From an uncultured Spirochaetaceae bacterium (GTDB lineage Bacteria; Spirochaetota; Spirochaetia; SZUA-6; DRHE01): DNA of 64,000 bases. The stretch is from the NCBI GenBank assembly GCA_964588525.1, contig CAZPQC010000002.1, positions 9,721 through 73,720 on the forward strand, given 5' to 3'. The stretch's first letter is position 1, and each line of letters begins with the position of its first letter. This document shows positions 61,787 to 64,000 of this stretch, piece after piece. The notes beneath the pieces were generated by a model. That model was not told the DNA's origin and searched no databases. It saw nothing but the letters and a program-made list of their open reading frames with translations. The translations under genes and the position numbers were made by a program.

Positions 61787-63763
61787 CTAATCCAGCTGCT
61801 TCTCCAGCTCGCTCTCCTCGGCCCGGGCGATCTGACGGCCGCTCTCCACGTCCACCCGCAGCAGCAGGATCATCCCCACGATGAAGAACACTATCAGACT
61901 CAGTACGGCGGGCCGGCTGGATCCGAAGATGGCGCCGGCAGCGGCGAACAGCAGTGGTCCGGTGAAGGTGGCTGCTTTCTCCATGATCCCGAACAGGCCG
62001 AAGAACTCGCCGCTCTTCGGCGCGGGAACCAGCGTGGAAAACAGGCTGCGGGTCAGGGCTTGACTTCCACCCTGGACACAGGCCACCAGCCAGGCCAGGC
62101 ACCAGAACTCGATCACGGAATCGAGAAAGAATCCCCAGACAGCAATCACCGAATAGACGAACAGAGCCAGGAGCAGGCTGCGCTTGGTGTTCATCTTGTC
62201 TGCCAGCCGGGAGAACAGAACCTTCCCGAACAGCAGGGCCAACAGGAGGCAGATTACCTCCAGGGCGAAAATCATGCCGATGACCAGACCGAGGTTGCTC
62301 TGCCGCAGAGGAGGCAGCACTTTCACCTCGGCGATGCTCAACACGTTGCCTGAGCTGCGGCTGTTCCTCTCGCCTTGATTAACCAGGCTAAGCACGTGTT
62401 CGCCCGCGGCGGGAACCATAATTGTAATGGTGTTCTCATACCGTAGCCTGGCGTTGTAGGCGTCGATCCTGACGGGCTGACCGTCCTCATCCTCCAAAGG
62501 GCGACCGTCGATTTCCACGGTCCAGATGCCGTGATCCGGTCCCACGCCGTAGGTGATTGTGAGCTTCTGACCGTTGAAGGGAAAATCCAGCCGGGCTCCC
62601 TGCTCATCAGTCATTCGGTAGGTCCTGTCTTCCTCGCTGCGTATCCTTTCAGCCGCCACGATCTTCTTTGTCCAACTGCCCCGATAGGAGAATGCCTTGT
62701 CGGTAACGGGATACGCTCCTTCCCCGGCTGAGCGGTCCGAGGAAGCGTAAGCGGGAAGGGGTGCGCCGCTGATGCTCTCCGGAAGCAGGCGCTTGCCCCC
62801 GATTCCGAGCATCGGAAGCAGAACGATGTTGAACACGATGAAAGCCATCACGATGTGCCGGTGCCGAGTGTCCTTGCTGGGCAGGCGGCCGAAGATCAGG
62901 CTGAAGGGGATTCCCACGAACTGAACCAGCAGAAGGGCCAGGATCAGCTCCAGTGTGCCGAATCCCAGTTCCGCTCCATAGATGGCGGCTACGCCGATGA
63001 TGGTCCCGATGCCGTCGAGGTAAATCAGAGCGGCCAGCAGCATTTTGAACAACTCCTTGTACTGCCGGATGTCGCGGAACGTCTCCCCGATCCGTTTGAA
63101 GCTCACTGAAAGTACGTCTTGCCCCTTTTCAAGCCGGGCGGTCAACGTATGCGGTTCGGGAATGTTTTTCAACAGGGGAATGGAGAACAGGGCCCACCAG
63201 AGGGCGACGGTGAGGAAGGACAACCTGGGTCCCCACGTCCCCGGAAGCAGCTGGATCATCACCACGTTCAAGGCAAGCAGAAGGCCGCCGCCCAGGTAGC
63301 CCATGGCGTATCCCCGGGAAGATACCTTATCCTGATCTTCGACCCGGGCCACGTGGGGCAGGAGGGCGTCGTAGAATACATTGGCGCCGGCGAATCCGAC
63401 GCGGCCGAAGATGAACAGAAGGGACGCGAGCAGCCAGTTTCCGCTTTTCACCAGGACGAGCAACCCGGTGGCCACAATGCCTATGCCGGCAAAGATCGAC
63501 AGAAACTTCTTCTTTCCCCGCATCACATCGGAGACCGTACCCAGCACGGGAGCGATTACCGCTACGATGATCAGAGAGATACTCACACCCATGCTCCAAT
63601 AGGCTGTGGCCACCGCCGGGCTGGGCAGGGTGGAGGCGGCCACCTGACTGTAGTACACCGGCAGAACCGCGGCGGCCACGGTGGTGACAAAGGCGGAGTT
63701 GGCCCAGTCGTACATGGTCCAGGCCCGAATACGCTTTCGATACTCCCTGTCGCTAACGGTCAT
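61787..63763 (-). CDS. MFS transporter (UMF1/Atg22-like) with a ~150-aa soluble beta-rich domain inserted in a loop
   Basis: 658 aa with many TM segments. A hydrophilic insert (about residues 325-480) has a jelly-roll-like pattern. An AGGAGGA SD lies upstream. Confidence 0.9.
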   Translation of the reverse strand: MTVSDREYRKRIRAWTMYDWANSAFVTTVAAAVLPVYYSQVAASTLPSPAVATAYWSMGVSISLIIVAVIAPVLGTVSDVMRGKKKFLSIFAGIGIVATGLLVLVKSGNWLLASLLFIFGRVGFAGANVFYDALLPHVARVEDQDKVSSRGYAMGYLGGGLLLALNVVMIQLLPGTWGPRLSFLTVALWWALFSIPLLKNIPEPHTLTARLEKGQDVLSVSFKRIGETFRDIRQYKELFKMLLAALIYLDGIGTIIGVAAIYGAELGFGTLELILALLLVQFVGIPFSLIFGRLPSKDTRHRHIVMAFIVFNIVLLPMLGIGGKRLLPESISGAPLPAYASSDRSAGEGAYPVTDKAFSYRGSWTKKIVAAERIRSEEDRTYRMTDEQGARLDFPFNGQKLTITYGVGPDHGIWTVEIDGRPLEDEDGQPVRIDAYNARLRYENTITIMVPAAGEHVLSLVNQGERNSRSSGNVLSIAEVKVLPPLRQSNLGLVIGMIFALEVICLLLALLFGKVLFSRLADKMNTKRSLLLALFVYSVIAVWGFFLDSVIEFWCLAWLVACVQGGSQALTRSLFSTLVPAPKSGEFFGLFGIMEKAATFTGPLLFAAAGAIFGSSRPAVLSLIVFFIVGMILLLRVDVESGRQIARAEESELEKQLD

Positions 63764-63845
63764 ACAAATCCTCCTGTTTCACTTTTATAGCCGCCTCTGC
63801 TTTGCTCTGCAACCGGGCGGCCGACGTGACGGTGACGGTTTCGCG

Positions 63846-64000
63846 CTATCCAAAATCTAGTATCTCCCTCAGCACCCGACCTTCTGCAGCGGGCAGCTGC
63901 AATCCCAGGAGGGCTGCCAGGGTGGGACCCAGATCCACTATGGGGACGCTGTCCACTTCTACGCCCCTGCGAATTCCTGAACCCGCGGCAAAGAAGAGGG
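63846..64000 (-). CDS. C-terminal end of an alkaline-phosphatase-superfamily (nucleotide pyrophosphatase/phosphodiesterase-like) protein; the 5' part lies off the window
   Basis: My manual minus-strand translation gives LFFAAGSGIRRGVEVDSVPIVDLGPTLAALLGLQLPAAEGRVLREILDFG, then a stop at 63846-63848. This ORF is not in the supplied ORF track because it is under 60 aa within the window. Confidence 0.5.
   Translation of the reverse strand, partial: LFFAAGSGIRRGVEVDSVPIVDLGPTLAALLGLQLPAAEGRVLREILDFG

Noticed and set aside
1-64000. rRNA, tRNA, transposase/IS, integrase, prophage genes or CRISPR arrays anywhere in the window.
   Set aside because: I recognised none while reading intergenic regions and ORF translations. 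The intergenic gaps are short and promoter-like. tRNAscan-SE/Infernal and ISfinder searches would be needed for a definitive negative.

Overview
High-GC bacterial chromosomal segment, almost entirely coding, with about 65 genes. No rRNA, tRNA, CRISPR array or transposase was recognised. A P83/100-family envelope protein (58907-60397) closely resembles the Borrelia P83/100 N-terminal region, so a Spirochaetota origin is likely; this is an inference. Content in order: (1) A divergent locus built around two non-pyrrolysine MttB-family methyltransferases. The minus-strand operon carries a metallophosphoesterase, a ParB/Srx-AsnC fusion, an AprB-like ferredoxin, an AprA-like flavoprotein, MttB and a secreted LolA-like protein. 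The plus-strand operon carries a Tat-signal family-5 binding protein, two permeases, a fused double ATPase and a second MttB. (2) A VapBC module, then tatC-tatB-tatA. (3) Two head-to-head xanthine-dehydrogenase-family operons with permuted gene order, one of them translationally coupled to a canonical pyrB. (4) Housekeeping and metabolic genes: Gfo/Idh/MocA, GNAT, IclR, PfkB kinase, 2-oxoacid dehydrogenase E1a/E1b/E2, carbamate kinase, Tag, NudC, amidase, S45 acylase, XdhC, HtrA, Nfu, MalQ, AlaX, nitroreductase and a RarA fusion. (5) An envelope cluster, a decayed MntA/HepT module and an MFS transporter with an inserted soluble domain. Patches that look lower in GC by eye (18.2-18.8 kb, 29.9-30.4 kb, 47.0-49.65 kb, 60.4-61.75 kb) hold the accessory or odd genes. 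My best candidate for an undescribed system is the corrinoid-less double-MttB locus with its AprAB-like redox pair. The second is the pairing of XDH-family enzymes with pyrB. All functional calls rest on motif recognition by eye; no searches were run.
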